A stretch of DNA of 47,259 bases from Paraphysomonas bandaiensis (lineage: Eukaryota > Protista > Chrysophyceae): assembly GCA_965644295.1 (NCBI GenBank), contig CBFFRP010000033.1:1-47259 (forward strand), given 5' to 3'. Shown piece by piece: positions 12,310 to 25,900 of the stretch. Below the pieces are notes generated by a model. The model was not told where the DNA came from. It saw only the letters and a list, made by a program, of their open reading frames with translations, and did not search any database. The first letter of the stretch is position 1, and every line of letters begins with the position of its first letter. The translations under genes were made by a program, and so were the position numbers.

Positions 12310-12585
12310 GTAGTGAATGACTTATGACGAGCAATAGGCGTTTAAGAGTCAGTGCTTAACTCTGATGTCCTATTATTTAACGCCACGAAAGCTGCTTGTG
12401 CGTCACCGCAAGCACGAAGGTGCAACCACTTTTTCGCTCTATCACTCAGAGCAAACTCATTGAGCAAGAAGAATGTTGATATACCTGACATCTGCATTCA
12501 GGTTTTGTGAGTCCTAAAGGTGAACAGCCTGGATGCAGGTAGAGCTAAATACCCCGGATGCCCTTGAGGTGGGCCTATTCCCAGT
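12310..12585 (-). mobile_element. Short retroposon family copy A, 5'-truncated
   Basis: Matches the 3' half of the family; 10-bp TSD TGTGTGTACA at 12300-12309 and 12586-12595. Confidence 0.8.
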
Positions 12586-12779
12586 TGTGTGTACATCACA
12601 TGTGAGCGGCTATTATCCTCTACAGTCTATAGTAGTATTATGTAATGTTTTGAAAGCTATATATCATCAAAAGTCATATATTTTAATGACATTGGAATGA
12701 GGTTAATGCTATTATTACTGTAATACTGATAGAAATATGTGAGTTCGGGAAGATGAATTCTAGAGTGGCTACTAGTATG

Positions 12780-14208
12780 CAGGCTTGCGTAACAATTAGT
12801 TGGTTTTAAAAATGACAATTGCAATTAATAGGCTGGCTCAACTATGAAGCAGCTTAAGATGTATAGCAACAGATCATAAGTACAAACCCATTATATATGT
12901 TAGCATACAAGCTTGGATATATGTGCACAGGCACTCTATCATCTTATTAATGATAATTAGGTCAGTATACACTTTAATCTCATCACACATGAGTAATAAC
13001 ATGTCAAATATCGCTAACTGAGCACCTCCACAACGATCGTCTCAATACATAGCATAAGCTGATTGCATATTATACTAAAGTGTATTATTGTAAATGACAT
13101 TGTGCATTCGTTGGTGACTACTATCAGAGGAATCGTTGTGTGCGTCTGCAAGACAACAATCATACAGAGGAATCTGAGTGTGTGTGTGCAAGTATACAGA
13201 TTTCGAGAAAGAAGTAGTCAAAATTCAACGTGGAAGGGAAGAAGAACAAACCGCTATGAAAAAGCACAGGTGCAACGCTTTTTGATAAATAATTTACCTG
13301 CACACGAAGGTGATCTCGATGAAGAGAAAGAGGATGACGAGGAAGAAAAGGCCATTCGCTTACGTAAGGACAACCAAAAGCGCAAAAGCACGTATCAAAA
13401 TAATATATGGTTCCCTCAACGAAGTCGGACTCGCACCTTTTCGTGGTGTTCTGGGGGATAAGTGTGGAACAGAATCTTCCTGGGAAACAAACGTGAGTCG
13501 CAAACAGAGACAGCAGATATTGTTCTGCCCATTCATAGTCAATGCTTGTGTGGTACAACGTACATTAATATAAGTGTCACTTGTGTAGACGTCTTTGGAC
13601 CTTAACGACTAAACAGGCATCCGGAAAATAGGCCCACCTCAAAGGGTAACCGGTAACCGGGGTATTGGGCTGCCTGCTGCTGAAGTCAAGTATCAGGGCT
13701 GGAGGACTCAAAAGTGGTTGCACCTTGTTGGTGTTTGTGGTGACGCACAAACTTTCGTAGCGTTGAATATTAGGATATCAGAGTTAAGCACTAGTTAGTT
13801 ATATTACAATGCTAAGTTATTTCCGAGTCTTAACGCTTATTTCTAAGAATAAGACATTTAGTACTACAATATCGTTGCATGAAGTACTTGTATAGCACTA
13901 CTAATGTTTGTGGGAGGTTGTTTACCAGTAGGCATGTTAGTGTGAGAACTAGTGTTCCTTGAAACTAAACAGAGTCAGTCTTGCACTTAATACTAATATC
14001 CTACTATTTGTTGCTACGGAGGCTGCTTGTATTGTTTGTAGGAGCGAATGACACTAGACACCTTGTAATGTTGATGATTCTGCGTGCTAATTGTCATTTT
14101 AGAGATGAGATTATAGTTGACAATAATTGGATGTTTGGTTAATAATTGCAACTATTATTGTTGGATACCTATCACCAATTTATTTTCAATTAATGTTAGG
14201 CAAGCTTG
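12780..14208 (+). mobile_element. Non-autonomous hAT element (family 2) with nested retroposon
   Basis: TIRs CAGGCTTGCGTAACA / TGTTAGGCAAGCTTG, 8-bp TSD CTAGTATG / CTAATATG, transposase C-terminal remnant YRCMKYLYSTTNVCGRLF. Confidence 0.85.
13413..13864 (+). mobile_element. Short retroposon family copy B (near full-length, inside hAT)
   Basis: Starts CCCTCAAC. Degenerate 12-bp TSD TAATATATGGTT / TACAATATCGTT (9/12 match). The empty site is visible in the hAT copy at ~38150-38180. Confidence 0.85.
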
Positions 14209-14712
14209 CTAATATGCACACAGGAATGCAATCAAGAAGCATAGTGGTGGTGAGCTTTCTTTGCATACGTTTTTTTGTAGAGTGAGGATGTAATCAGTAA
14301 CTGTTATCATATATAGAACTGCTATGTTATAGTCAATATACTGAAATATTTATTGTTGAGCGCATGACAAAAGTATGGAAATAGTACTGACGCAATTCAA
14401 AATAACAGCACAATTGCAATAGTTTATTCTTACCCTTACTTTGGGTAGCACTCAATTCCTCACAGAAAACTAGTGGTGTAGCTATTCAATTCCAGCCTCG
14501 AGTATGAGATGTCATGATACAGACATTACGATATGTAAAATCTATGATAGAGAGCTGTTTTATGTGAAATCGTTCATTAAAATATAATATCTAACGCATA
14601 AAGGAAAACGTAACATTGCTTTATACGAACAGCAAAGGGAACACATGGTATATAAGATTGCCAGTGCGTTATCAACTAACATAACAACAAATACAGTGAA
14701 AACGAAATTAAC

Positions 14713-16975
14713 TCAGCAACAAGCAAAGGATACAACTTTGAACTTCCGGCCTGTGCTTGTGCATAACTTGATATATACATTGATATCATCAAAGCATGAC
14801 GTTTTCCCATCAGAATTACGCAGGCAGTCATTTAACTCAGAAACAGACGACTCCATTGTTTTAATATGCAATTCCAACTGCTGCTCTATTGATACAGGCA
14901 TGTGCCATCTCGATTGGACATAAAATGGTCCAAACATAGCAACCTGTTCAGTATCGGATAATGTCGACTGGTTAAAATATGGCAACGATCTATTTATAGT
15001 CGCTTCAACAAATACTTTAGCAGTGCCCCACTCCTCTCCTGCGCAGATAACAAGTATTAAACAACAATATGAATAGGCTTTTCTTACCATAACTTGCTAT
15101 ATATCCAATTTTTACACGGTCGTAATGCTGGTTTTCACATTTAAACTGAACCAAATTATCATCCCTTTCGCCATGCAAGAGACAGTGCTGGTTCTCTCCG
15201 ATAGTCATCGATACATGTGATTTCAAATGTTTTCCATGCTCAACACTTCGTCTTTCAGTAGTGCTATTACCTAGTTTGGCTGTACGCAGACGTGACCACG
15301 ATACCGTGTTGTTGGAGAGTAATTCAATTTTTCGACGGTAGCTTGATGATTGTAACCTCCGGATTGTTGCTCCACGAGATTCGATTACCCAACCCGTCTT
15401 GTATGGATCATTAGATATATCATTTCGAAGCTCCCAGTTGCCTCGATGAACACGAACAGCTTCCAGGTTATAAGCCTCCGGACGGCCATCAAAATCCATA
15501 TAAGTTGAGAAGCCCTACAACCAACACAATAAAAATTTCATGTATACAGCACTACAAAACATACCGAGAAGCACAATCCCCATTTTAAACTATTACTAAT
15601 TGTTGGCCATTGCAGAGAGTGGTCTTCGTTTTCAGAGTGAACGGCGGCTTCACCAGATACAGACTCTTCTTTCATTACTAGCATTAACACCTCCGTAACG
15701 AGCTGAGCCCATATCACATGAGTAGGCCAGGCTAGAAATCAACGTCAATAACAAAAACTATTTTAAGAACACAATTCGACCTGGGTGTCTTTCATTTTCT
15801 TGTGCCGCATAAAGAGGCGTCAGATTCGGAGCTTGGTCCATGCCTATCGCTTTCAAATAACTCACCATCGGAATATTATATTTCCTACAGACAAATTTAC
15901 TGAGATGAATACCACAATAAGATATTTCTACTTGTTAATCTCTACTCTATCTTTTATAGCATCCTCCAAGTATTGGGCATCATGTGGCTTCAAATCTTTT
16001 CTACGGTTATAAAACTCCAGATCAATCAATTGAGGCCTAGATAGATATAATTGACCACACTATGCGCAAAATTGACCATTTCATACCTACTGGGCATCGA
16101 TAATGTCTTAAGAACCAAACCCTCGTATACGTCTTTTCGATTGCGACGCCGAAACCACTTGAGATATAACAGATTGTAAGAACAAATAGGCAGTTAAGGT
16201 CATATCAAATGTTTACTTGGTTGCTGATATCATTCACTCCATAATCCCAAAGAATAAGATCAGGTTCCCACTCACTATCCGTGACGATTTCAATATTCGT
16301 GGAGCTCAGCTTGTCTACCCAGCATCCGCCTGTGGCGTAACTTCGAGAAACCAAACAGTCCATGCCTTTCACAGATGAAGTCGCAGCACGACAGCAATAT
16401 CTAGGTGAAATACGAACTGCCGCAACATCTGGTAATATACGATTAAATGCGTACTCAAGAAAAAACGATAGTCTTAGAGGCCACGAGCAGTGACGAGAGG
16501 CCAACGCGGCGGACTCTGTTGACACACCACATCGGGAATGATTGGTACACTGCGGTGCTATGTAGCATGCATGACCAACACAAACTGACCCCCCAATGTA
16601 AAGAATATTTAAAACTACAGAATTGGCATTTCCCTGACGAAATTCACGAACTTTCTTATCAAACGAATGCAATAATCGCTGAAAAGAGCCCTCCCACATC
16701 AAGCTCCTTCGAGCCATATCAGGAGTAACGATTGAAGTGATATCTTCGACAGAGTATCCCTTATAATCATTATACGTTTCAGAAGATACATCAGATCCTA
16801 TAAGGGATGCCTGCTTGTTATGTTCATCAGTCAATTTATCGAACGGAATAGTGAGTTCTAATGGGTGTCCACTGCTATGTACAACGAGAATAAATAACCA
16901 ATAAAGCTGGACAATGTATAGGGCGAATACACGCCAAACACTCACAGGTGACGAGGACTGCTTAATCTCTGGCAT
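14713..16975 (-). CDS. SGNH/GDSL hydrolase-like protein with N-terminal membrane anchor, multi-exon
   Basis: Block I-like YIGGSV and block III-like PDLILWDYGVND, hydrophobic N-terminal segment. GT-AG intron 15039-15087 joins the last two ORFs in frame. Middle exons not exactly resolved. Confidence 0.7.
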
Positions 16976-17481
16976 TGGCGCCACCCGAACTCTCTATCAT
17001 CTCGTTGGAGGATATACGCAGCCTTGAAGACTGCATTGAACGTCACATACTTGCAGCGCTCCTATCAGACCACAATACTGCTGTATAGCACACTGTACTC
17101 TATGTATTTTATTGTTCCACATTGCATATTCTAGTCAGTATCATCACTGTAGGTGTAGGGTGGCCATACAGTACACCCCGTACACCGTACACCGTAGTGG
17201 TTACAGCACCAGATTGAGATCCATGAAGTGCAGAGTGGTCAGTCGTTATATTCACTGACTGCGAAGTCTAGAAGTGTGTTCAAGCCTCATCTGTCAGCGT
17301 GCTGGATAGAAGCGGAAGACTTCATCTTGAAGATCCACTCGATAGTATTCTAATTTACTTTCGAATTTCATTTTTGAATTATGATTCAAATGGTGTCACA
17401 TATACACACACAGACATACACATATAGATATATTCTCCTCTGGTTCATATCATATCTGCTTCCTTATCAGAAATTGACACA

Positions 17482-17999
17482 ATGAGGTTTGTTATCTGCT
17501 TCATCGTTCTATGCCATCAGTTGCATTTGCTGTCGTCGGAATGGCTGAACTGCTGTCCTCATGAAGATCTTCTTGGTATTGAAACTGTTGATTTTACTCC
17601 CTCTCGGCTTAAGATGGGCGCCACTGCTAAACTTCATGTGAGTTGATCGGATTACTCTATGCTAGTGTGATGTTATGTAGGTAACAGGAACTCCAGTTGT
17701 TGATATACATCACGCTGTTGTGAGTGTCACTGTACGCGGCCCTCGAATGTTTCGAACCCGTTTTTATGAATCCAACCTGTGTGATTATGTCAAGTGCCCT
17801 TTATTTAGTGGCGTTCGAGTGTCAAAGACTGTTCCGCTTCGGATTCCAAAGCGTATTCCAGCAGGAAACTATACGGTATCAGAATGCAATTTATGTTCAT
17901 CAATTGTGACTTGCATTGCAGCTTCGTGTTGAGATTGACGATACCGATCGAATTGTTCTCGCCTCCTGCTTCGAAGTATCTAGCTACATATTCTACTGA
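17482..17999 (+). CDS. ML-domain (MD-2/NPC2-like) secreted lipid-binding protein, 3 exons
   Basis: Exons 17482-17637, 17681-17875 and 17922-17999 splice in frame. Signal peptide MRFVICFIVLC and ML-type motifs NLCDYVKCPL, IPKRIPAGNYTLRV, SCFEV. Confidence 0.85.
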
Positions 18000-18662
18000 G
18001 TTGTATTGTCGATTTCTAGATTATGATGTATTTTTTTCGAAAAGCCCACATACGCTTTGACCGATAGTATGAACATGTTCGTGGAACTTCACGTGGAAGT
18101 ATTTATCCTTATCACTCCGGCTTAGTATCGTTTTATTTTGTAATCTTTAATTTTACTTTCAGGAATACGTTAATAAATCTATACACAATGTGACTGTCTA
18201 TGATGTATGCAATGTAGACTAATTTTATATTCCCTCGTGCCATAGTATGCAGTAATTAATCCAGATACTCCTCATTTGATGTTGTTACTGAAGGCCGGCC
18301 TATTGCACATACATTCCAATGAATACACATATATATGATTTCAAATAAGGTTGTGGTGATGCTAAATAATTCACTCATTAATCGAAGTGTACACGTACTC
18401 AAATATAATAGTGTAAGTAGCTTAAAATGAAAGTGTTTGCTTGGTGAGTTATGTACTAATACAACAATATGAAGCTAAGGTAGCACTGACTTCTGATGTG
18501 CAACAAAGCAATACAATGGTAATAGATTGTATATGTTAAGGCTAAATAACTATAGCTGCCTTTTCTAATTTCTAAGAAGCAAAACTATGTACAGACGTAT
18601 GCTGCTGCTAGAAACTATCTAGTAGACCACTTTAGTACCTACCTATCTATCAAAACAAGATA

Positions 18663-19157
18663 ATTATTGAAAGTCTTTTATTTAGCAATAGGCGTTAAAA
18701 GCCTGCACCAATTTAGTAGCTAGATGAATGCTAGTCAACCTAGTTAGACCTCTACCCGTAACTAATCAGTACAAACTCTATTATCCTACTATTTAACGCT
18801 ACGAAAGCTGCTTGTGCGTCGCCGCAAGCACCAAGGTGCAACCACTTCCGTTCTGAGTCCTTAAGGTGAACATTAGCAGGCAGCCCATTACCCCGGTTAC
18901 CCTTGAGGTGGGCCCTGTCCCGGATGCCCTTGTGGTGGGCCCATTTCTGGATGCCTGTTTATTCGTCAGGGCCCAAAGACGTCTACACAAGTGACACTTA
19001 TTGGTGTCCCTTGTACCACACAAGCAGTCGGCTATGAGTGGGCAGAACAATATCTGCTGACTATGTTTGCGGCTCACGTTAGTTTCCCAGAGAGAATCTC
19101 TCCGGTACTTATCCCCAAGAACACCACGAAAAGGTGCGAGTCCGACTTTGTTGAGGG
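18663..19157 (-). mobile_element. Short retroposon family copy C (both ends present, 495 bp)
   Basis: Both termini present; perfect 13-bp TSD TCAAAACAAGATA at 18650-18662 and 19158-19170. Confidence 0.9.
19070..19157 (-). ncRNA. Candidate HDV-like ribozyme (Pr77-like) at the 5' end of copy C
   Basis: P1 CCCTCAAC / GTT..GGGG (imperfect), P2 CGG(A)CTCGC / GTGAGCCG, P3 ACC / GGT with 7-nt L3 TTTTCGT, P4 CCGGAGAG / CTCTCTGG, J4/2 CTAA. Confidence 0.72.
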
Positions 19158-19653
19158 TCAAAACAAGATATAATAATAAGTGATGTGCTCATCATACAAT
19201 TATATGATTCAACTTAATAAACGTATTTCTATATGATGGAGAGACAGGGACATGGCCTCAATCTACTCATTGTTTATAAAACCCATCTGACAACTTAAGT
19301 TGTAACCCTGGGGGATTCGCAAAATTCAATCACATCATCAGAAAGTAGTTATAAGTCGAGTCAATTCCTGCTGCTTTCAAGCTAAAATTCGGGTGAAGTA
19401 TACAACACCATTAATGATTATATCCGCCTCACCTTCTATTATAGTTCCTGCATCAAATGTCCGTACGAAATACTCGAACGCTACGTTGTATGCAGAAAGG
19501 AGTCGGATATTCCGCAAAACATGGTGATGGATATAATATTATATAATATAAAATAAAACATATGTAATAAATGTTAGTAACAGCAGTAGATAGACAAGTG
19601 CATTTAACTATAAATGATTATTACCCACTGCTGGTCGGCGACAAATCTCTTCA

Positions 19654-19785
19654 TGTCTGATTATTTAGCAATAGACATGAAAGTGTTAAAACTAAACAGA
19701 AATCTATCAGTACTTAATAATAATATTCTACATTATGACACTAATATGCTTGTGCGTCGCCGCAAGCACCAATGTGCGACCACCT
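19654..19785 (-). mobile_element. Short retroposon family copy D, heavily 5'-truncated
   Basis: 3' hairpin and terminus motifs; 8-bp TSD TCTCTTCA at 19646-19653 and 19786-19793. Confidence 0.65.
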
Positions 19786-20407
19786 TCTCTTCAGATTAGT
19801 GATTAATGTTTATTTTAATTGACCTGAATTTTGCGACGTGCTAATCTTTGGCAAAGGGTTTAATAGTCTGCCGCTAGGAAAGTAGAAGTGAAGAAAGCTA
19901 TAGTATATTATCTAGTCTTCATTGAGTGTTGCCTAAAGTATCATTGGTAAAGCATTGTGACAACTGCTTCTATATGGGCCATTCGCTCAACCTAAAATTT
20001 GCGCGGTAAAACCGTCGAGTCGATCAGTAGGACGCAACGACTTTTCGAGAGAAAAACAGCGTTTCAGCAACAGCATTCGACTGTCAATGTTTTGATGTTG
20101 ATGACAATGTTGAATGTGAAAATGGGGGAAGATATCGAAGCGAGGACACTTTTTATAGAGGCTGATAAGTCCGCTAGCTTCCGAATATTTCGGGATTCAG
20201 CGAAACACACAACCTCGTTTTGGGTAACATAACTTTCTCTGAATTTTGAATCTTAGCAATTCGTGTTAAATAGACCCAAACTTTATAGCTGTGGCAGTAG
20301 ACACTACTTCTTTATGACTTTAAGATATTGATTATAATTTTAATAATTGAGTCTGTATACAACGTTCAGTTAATTCACAACGTCAAAATTAGATACGCTT
20401 TATTTTG

Positions 20408-20494
20408 CCCTCAACAAAGTCGGACTCGCACCTTTTCGTGGTGTTCTGGGGGATAAGTACCGGAGATATTTCTCCGGGAAACTAACGTGAGCCG
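20408..20494 (+). ncRNA. Candidate HDV-like ribozyme (Pr77-like) at the 5' end of copy E
   Basis: Same double-pseudoknot arrangement as copy C. P4 CCGGAGA / TCTCCGG is flanked by AGTA and GAA; the catalytic-position C lies in CTAA. Confidence 0.75.
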
Positions 20495-21618
20495 CATATT
20501 ATATAGTCAGCAGATATATTGTTCTGCCCACTCATAGCCAAATGCTTGTGTGGTACAAGGGACACTAATAAGTGTCACTTGTGTAGACGTCTTTGGGCCC
20601 TGACGAATAAACAGGCATCCGGGAATGGGCCCACCTCAAGGGCATCCGGGACAGGGCCCACCAGAAGGGTAACCGGGGTATTGGGCTGCCTGCTGAAGTT
20701 AAGCATCCGGGATGTTCACCTTAAGAACTCAAAACACCTGAAGTCAGCAGATGTCAGGTATATCAACATTCTGCTTGCTCCCTGCGTTTGCTTTGAGTGA
20801 TTGATGCTGAGTATGAGTTCACATTATTCGGTATCTGTGTGGCCAATGACCGAGGTAATGCGTCAAACTTTCCTCATGGATGCATGGCAATGGCAATGAT
20901 GTGATTAGACCTGTCATGTCTTCTCACACGTCTACTGCCTAGTCTTGGTTTCTCCCGACCCAGGTCATTGAGATTATATCAAGGCTCTGGCACTGTTCTC
21001 CAAGCAGTGTCAGGTACATTTGTGGTGCTTTTATGTTATTCTTGCTTAGTAGGTTTTCATCCGAGCGGGGAAGGTGCACGGTTTCCTACTAGTGTAAGTC
21101 ACTCGGGAGAAGAGTGCAAGGTGGATGCATGTGCTGGATGAGTGCACACAATGGAGGGAAGACATTGGAGTCAGCTTGAATTTGTAACAGATTTTGGTAG
21201 ATGTCTGTTTCATGCGTCAGTGTGCAAAATTGCACCAGTGAGACCGCTTCGTGACCGTGGGAGGACCCGGCGCTATAGAGCTACTTTATTCTCCCTTCCA
21301 GACTACCTGCTGCTGTGAACACCACCTTGAAGAGGGCCCTAAAGATCTGCCGCATATACAGGAGACATATGCCGAAGACACCGACCGCAAGTTGTTTGTG
21401 TTAGGACAAGTAGATTGGGCAGGAGCGTATGATCCGGCTTAAACACGCAACTCGTCGTATGCCCATGTAGCTAACTAAATCGTGTTGTATAGTTGAGCAC
21501 TTGTCGGTGCATGCAATAGTAACTAGATGAGAGTCATGTTATGCATAGTGTCGCGCGAGTTGTTAGGTTGGTCGCGGCAACGCACAAGCTTGCGCTTCTT
21601 AATAATCAGATTTTCAAT
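20408..21618 (+). mobile_element. Long copy E of the retroposon family, with a degenerate coding-like interior
   Basis: Family 5' region 20408-20800 and a diverged 3' end (CGCACAAGC..AATAATCAGA). Flanking direct repeat ATACGCTTTATTTTG(CC) at 20393 and 21619. Confidence 0.8.
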
Positions 21619-22942
21619 ATACGCTTTATTTTGCCACATATAATATAGAATCAAGACTTTTATTTATTTCTTTAGCTTGAAGATATGATTAATTCTTACG
21701 CTCCTGCTACTTGAAAACAAAGATAGTTCATTAGTATATTCACTCAGCCATGCGTATACTATTGATTACACATAGTACTTATCAATATATATACTATGAC
21801 ACACCCACATCACGACGACAAATCAAGGGGTCCCTAGATACATACTAATTAACTGCAAATGTTATGCATTAATTGAATGTCTGTTATGGCTAGCTATCGA
21901 CCGCGCTACATTAGCTACCACGTCAACAACCTGTACAACAGGTCTAGCAGAACTAAGCATTCTTACCACAAGTGAATGTAGTGCCTCCCCACTAATGAAT
22001 TAAAAAAATCAAAACAATAACACAGCCCGAGTGCGCTTGTGACAAGCATCATCATATCTAGTTGCCGTCACTATTACCACCATAAAACAATCAACCTAAA
22101 ATCCATTCAGTTCGCATTATCTGCTGTTGTAGACAGTATGTTGTGCCACATAACGGCCACTTCCCAAACTATTCTATGGGCCATTTTTCACTTCTGACAC
22201 ACTATATAAAAATAAATTAATGTAACAAAGTCGATAGCCTGCAATGCGTACCTCCCGCAATTAAATGGCAATGTTGCGCAACAAACCGGCCAGATGAATG
22301 ACGTTCGGGTGATTTCTTTTGCCATGAAAGAAGTAGACTTTTCGAAAGCATTGAGGGTGTGGCTGTGTCATGAGGTCAGTAATACCATTGAATATAGGTG
22401 AGTATACACAGTCATTGATTAAGTGGAACTATCGTGTACAAGTCATCATTAGGAGGTGATGCTATGAGATATGTTGAAAGGGGGGTCTCATATCTTGCGT
22501 GATAGTGTAGATTAGAATCAACAAGAATGCGGTAGTCAATCTGCGCAACATCTAGACATGCACACATCTTCACTGTTCAACTGTACATTCTTCATTCCAC
22601 GAGCAAAAAAATCTTTTTTTTTCAGTTTTGGCTGTGAGTTGATGCTCGAACCATTATTTTATGCGGGTTCAGTTTTTAGGTTTGATACATGTGCTGCTAT
22701 AATACTGAGGCGTGCAGTGACCCTGGATAAGAACTTCGAGGAGCTAAATGGCCATCGTGATGTCGTGAAGAAATGGAAGCAGAGTCGCGTTTCGTTTTGA
22801 ACAAATCCGACACCCACAAGCAGATGTTGTTGATACAGTTTTGCGCGTGTTTCAAAGTATATGAGAAAGTTTATCGCACCTCCCCGTTGACCATCGTCTC
22901 TACCTCCCTCCTCTGCACCAGAATAGCCCCACTCTCACCAAT

Positions 22943-25900
22943 ATGCTGAAGCATTTTGCTGGAGAATTGGTTTTAAGTGAAAACGGCTCCTTGCTGCAGT
23001 CAGGAAACATAATCTTGAATGGAGTTCAAGGCACAGGGAAAACGACTCTACTCAAAGCAATGGTTCTTGTGGTTGCCATTAGTTGTGATAAATTCTTTTT
23101 TATTTATCATAACTACGAAACTGGATTAGAATCAAGTAGTCAGCTGATAGCGGAATGTGTTCATCGATTCGTGAATGGAATATGTAACGGGAAATTTGGA
23201 GATTTCGCCGCGGAATATTCGCATGACACACATACTTGCTTGAGAACATTGTCAGGACATAATTGTTATATCGGAATTGCGGCAGATGAAGTTCAAGATG
23301 TGGTTGTGATAGATGATAATCTTTTGTGGCGTATCAATATAATGAAATCGTTGGAAGAATTTTCTAGAACTGAGCTGCATCATGTTTTCTTGATTTTAAC
23401 TGGATCATCATCGAGTCTTATTCGACTTCTATTTCGTTCTAGGCGCCCCGCGAGCCTGCAGAACTTTGACTTCGACCTCAATGCCTCCCTATGTCAGCGA
23501 AATGATGTTCCTGCCAATCGCACTGTACATTCCCTGAGGTCTTACCTGTCCGAAGCTACCCACATCTGAAATTTTCAGACTCTGAGATCTGTGCGATGCT
23601 TATGGCCACTGGTGGGATTGGGCGCTTTGTTCATAACTACGTCCAGAATCCAATGGCTGGTGCTAGTTCTGGGCGGAAGGTGGACCCACGGACCGTCGTG
23701 TATGCTGACCCTTCTACCTTATATTGCTAATTGTGAATTTGATTGTGTCAATGAACTCCAAGCTCTTTGACAGTTTGAAGAACGGCATATTTGAGGGTCT
23801 TGAAAGTTGCCCTGGTGTTTCCCAGAATATAGTAGAAGATGTACTGGCGGAAACAGGGCAATATAACGCTAATGATGCCATAAACAATCTAGTTGACCAG
23901 GGTATTCTCTATATCTCTGACGATGGTCCATTGCACGACATGTTAACTGTCGAATTGGCTGTCCCTCAGGACTACCAACACTTTACCATAGATGACATAT
24001 CTTTTGATGATATATGGAAGCATCGAAAACAACGCCGGCAAAGCTTTTGAGAGATTCGAGCGTTTTCGCTTGCATCTATTAAACTCTCGATTTCTGTATC
24101 ACGGGCGGTATTTGATCATCGTCTACGGTAATCTTTACGTTGGACGTTATACCGACGCTAGGTATTCAAGAGAGCGCAGTTCGCATTGTGAAGTAGTGGT
24201 TGAACTAATCACGTTAACGAAGATGAAATGTTAACACGGGAGGGAGAAACTGGCGTTGATGTTATCTGTATACGCGTGGAGATGACCGATCGTGACAATC
24301 GTACTGTTTATGGTAGAAGAAGGCCAAATAAACAAGATTTGAAAATTCCCACTGTTATGGTTGATGGTTGGCAATGCAAGGGTGGTTATTGGAAGTTATC
24401 CATGGGCGAGGGAGTCATGAAATCTAGTCGCGACCTATGCATAGAAACTGGTAGGGTTGAGAACATCAGCGATAAGTTACTAAATGGAGTTTTTGCCAAA
24501 GCAGAGGTTGGGCTTCTAACGATTATTTAGTCTATATACAACACCATTGGTAATTATTCCGTTGCTGTTGGTCAAACTTATAATAAATACCTACCAAAGA
24601 TGGTACATTACCTGAGAAGACATTGGACAGAAGTTACAAGATTCCACGTAACATGGTGTCGATGATTTCTGGAATATGTAACGGGAAATTTGGAGATTTC
24701 GCCGCGGAATATTCGCATGACACACATACTTGCTTGAGAACATTGTCAGGACATAATTGTTATATCGGAATTGCGGCAGATGAAGTTCAAGATGTGGTTG
24801 TGATAGATGATAATCTTTTGTGGCGTATCAATATAATGAAATCGTTGGAAGAATTTTCTAGAACTGAGCTGCATCATGTTTTCTTGATTTTAACTGGATC
24901 ATCATCGAGTCTTATTCGACTTCTATTTCGTTCTAGGCGCCCCGCGAGCCTGCAGAACTTTGACTTCGACCTCAATGCCTCCCTATGTCAGCGAAATGAT
25001 GTTCCTGCCAATCGCACTGTACATTCCCTGAGGTCTTACCTGTCCGAATGCTACCCACATCTGAAATTTTCAGACTCTGAGATCTGTGCGATGCTTATGG
25101 CCACTGGTGGGATTGGGCGCTTTGTTCATAACTACGTCCAGAATCCAATGGCTGGTGCTAGTTCTGGGCGGAAGGTGGACCCACGGACCGTCGTGTATGC
25201 TGACCCTTCTACCTTATATTGCTAATTGTGAATTTGATTGTGTCAATGAACTCCAAGCTCTTTGACAGTTTGAAGAACGGCATATTTGAGGGTCTTGAAA
25301 GTTGCCCTGGTGTTTCCCAGAATATAGTAGAAGATGTACTGGCGGAAACAGGGCAATATAACGCTAATGATGCCATAAACAATCTAGTTGACCAGGGTAT
25401 TCTCTATATCTCTGACGATGGTCCATTGCACGACATGTTAACTGTCGAATTGGCTGTCCCTCAGGACTACCAACACTTTACCATAGATGACATATCTTTT
25501 GATGATATATGGAAGCATCGAAAACAACGCCGGCAAAGCTTTTGAGAGATTCGAGCGTTTTCGCTTGCATCTATTAAACTCTCGATTTCTGTATCACGGG
25601 CGGTATTTGATCATCGTCTACGGTAATCTTTACGTTGGACGTTATACCGACGCTAGGTATTCAAGAGAGCGCAGTTCGCATTGTGAAGTAGTGGTTGAAC
25701 TAATCACGTTAACGAAGATGAAATGTTAACACGGGAGGGAGAAACTGGCGTTGATGTTATCTGTATACGCGTGGAGATGACCGATCGTGACAATCGTACT
25801 GTTTATGGTAGAAGAAGGCCAAATAAACAAGATTTGAAAATTCCCACTGTTATGGTTGATGGTTGGCAATGCAAGGGTGGTTATTGGAAGTTATCCATGG

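Noticed and set aside
13160-13573. Recurring ORFs such as LNKVGLAPFRGVLGDK and TTKRCESDFVEG
   Set aside because: Chance translations of the non-coding repeat; frames are not conserved between copies.
20586-20630. Hammerhead ribozyme in the repeat (GTC...CTGACGA)
   Set aside because: No stem II/GAAA, and other copies read TTGACGA or TTAACGA.
20408-20800. Repeat family as DIRS/Ngaro repeat, solo LTR or MITE
   Set aside because: Variable-length TSDs, 5' truncations and absence of TIRs or LTR termini fit target-primed retrotransposition better.
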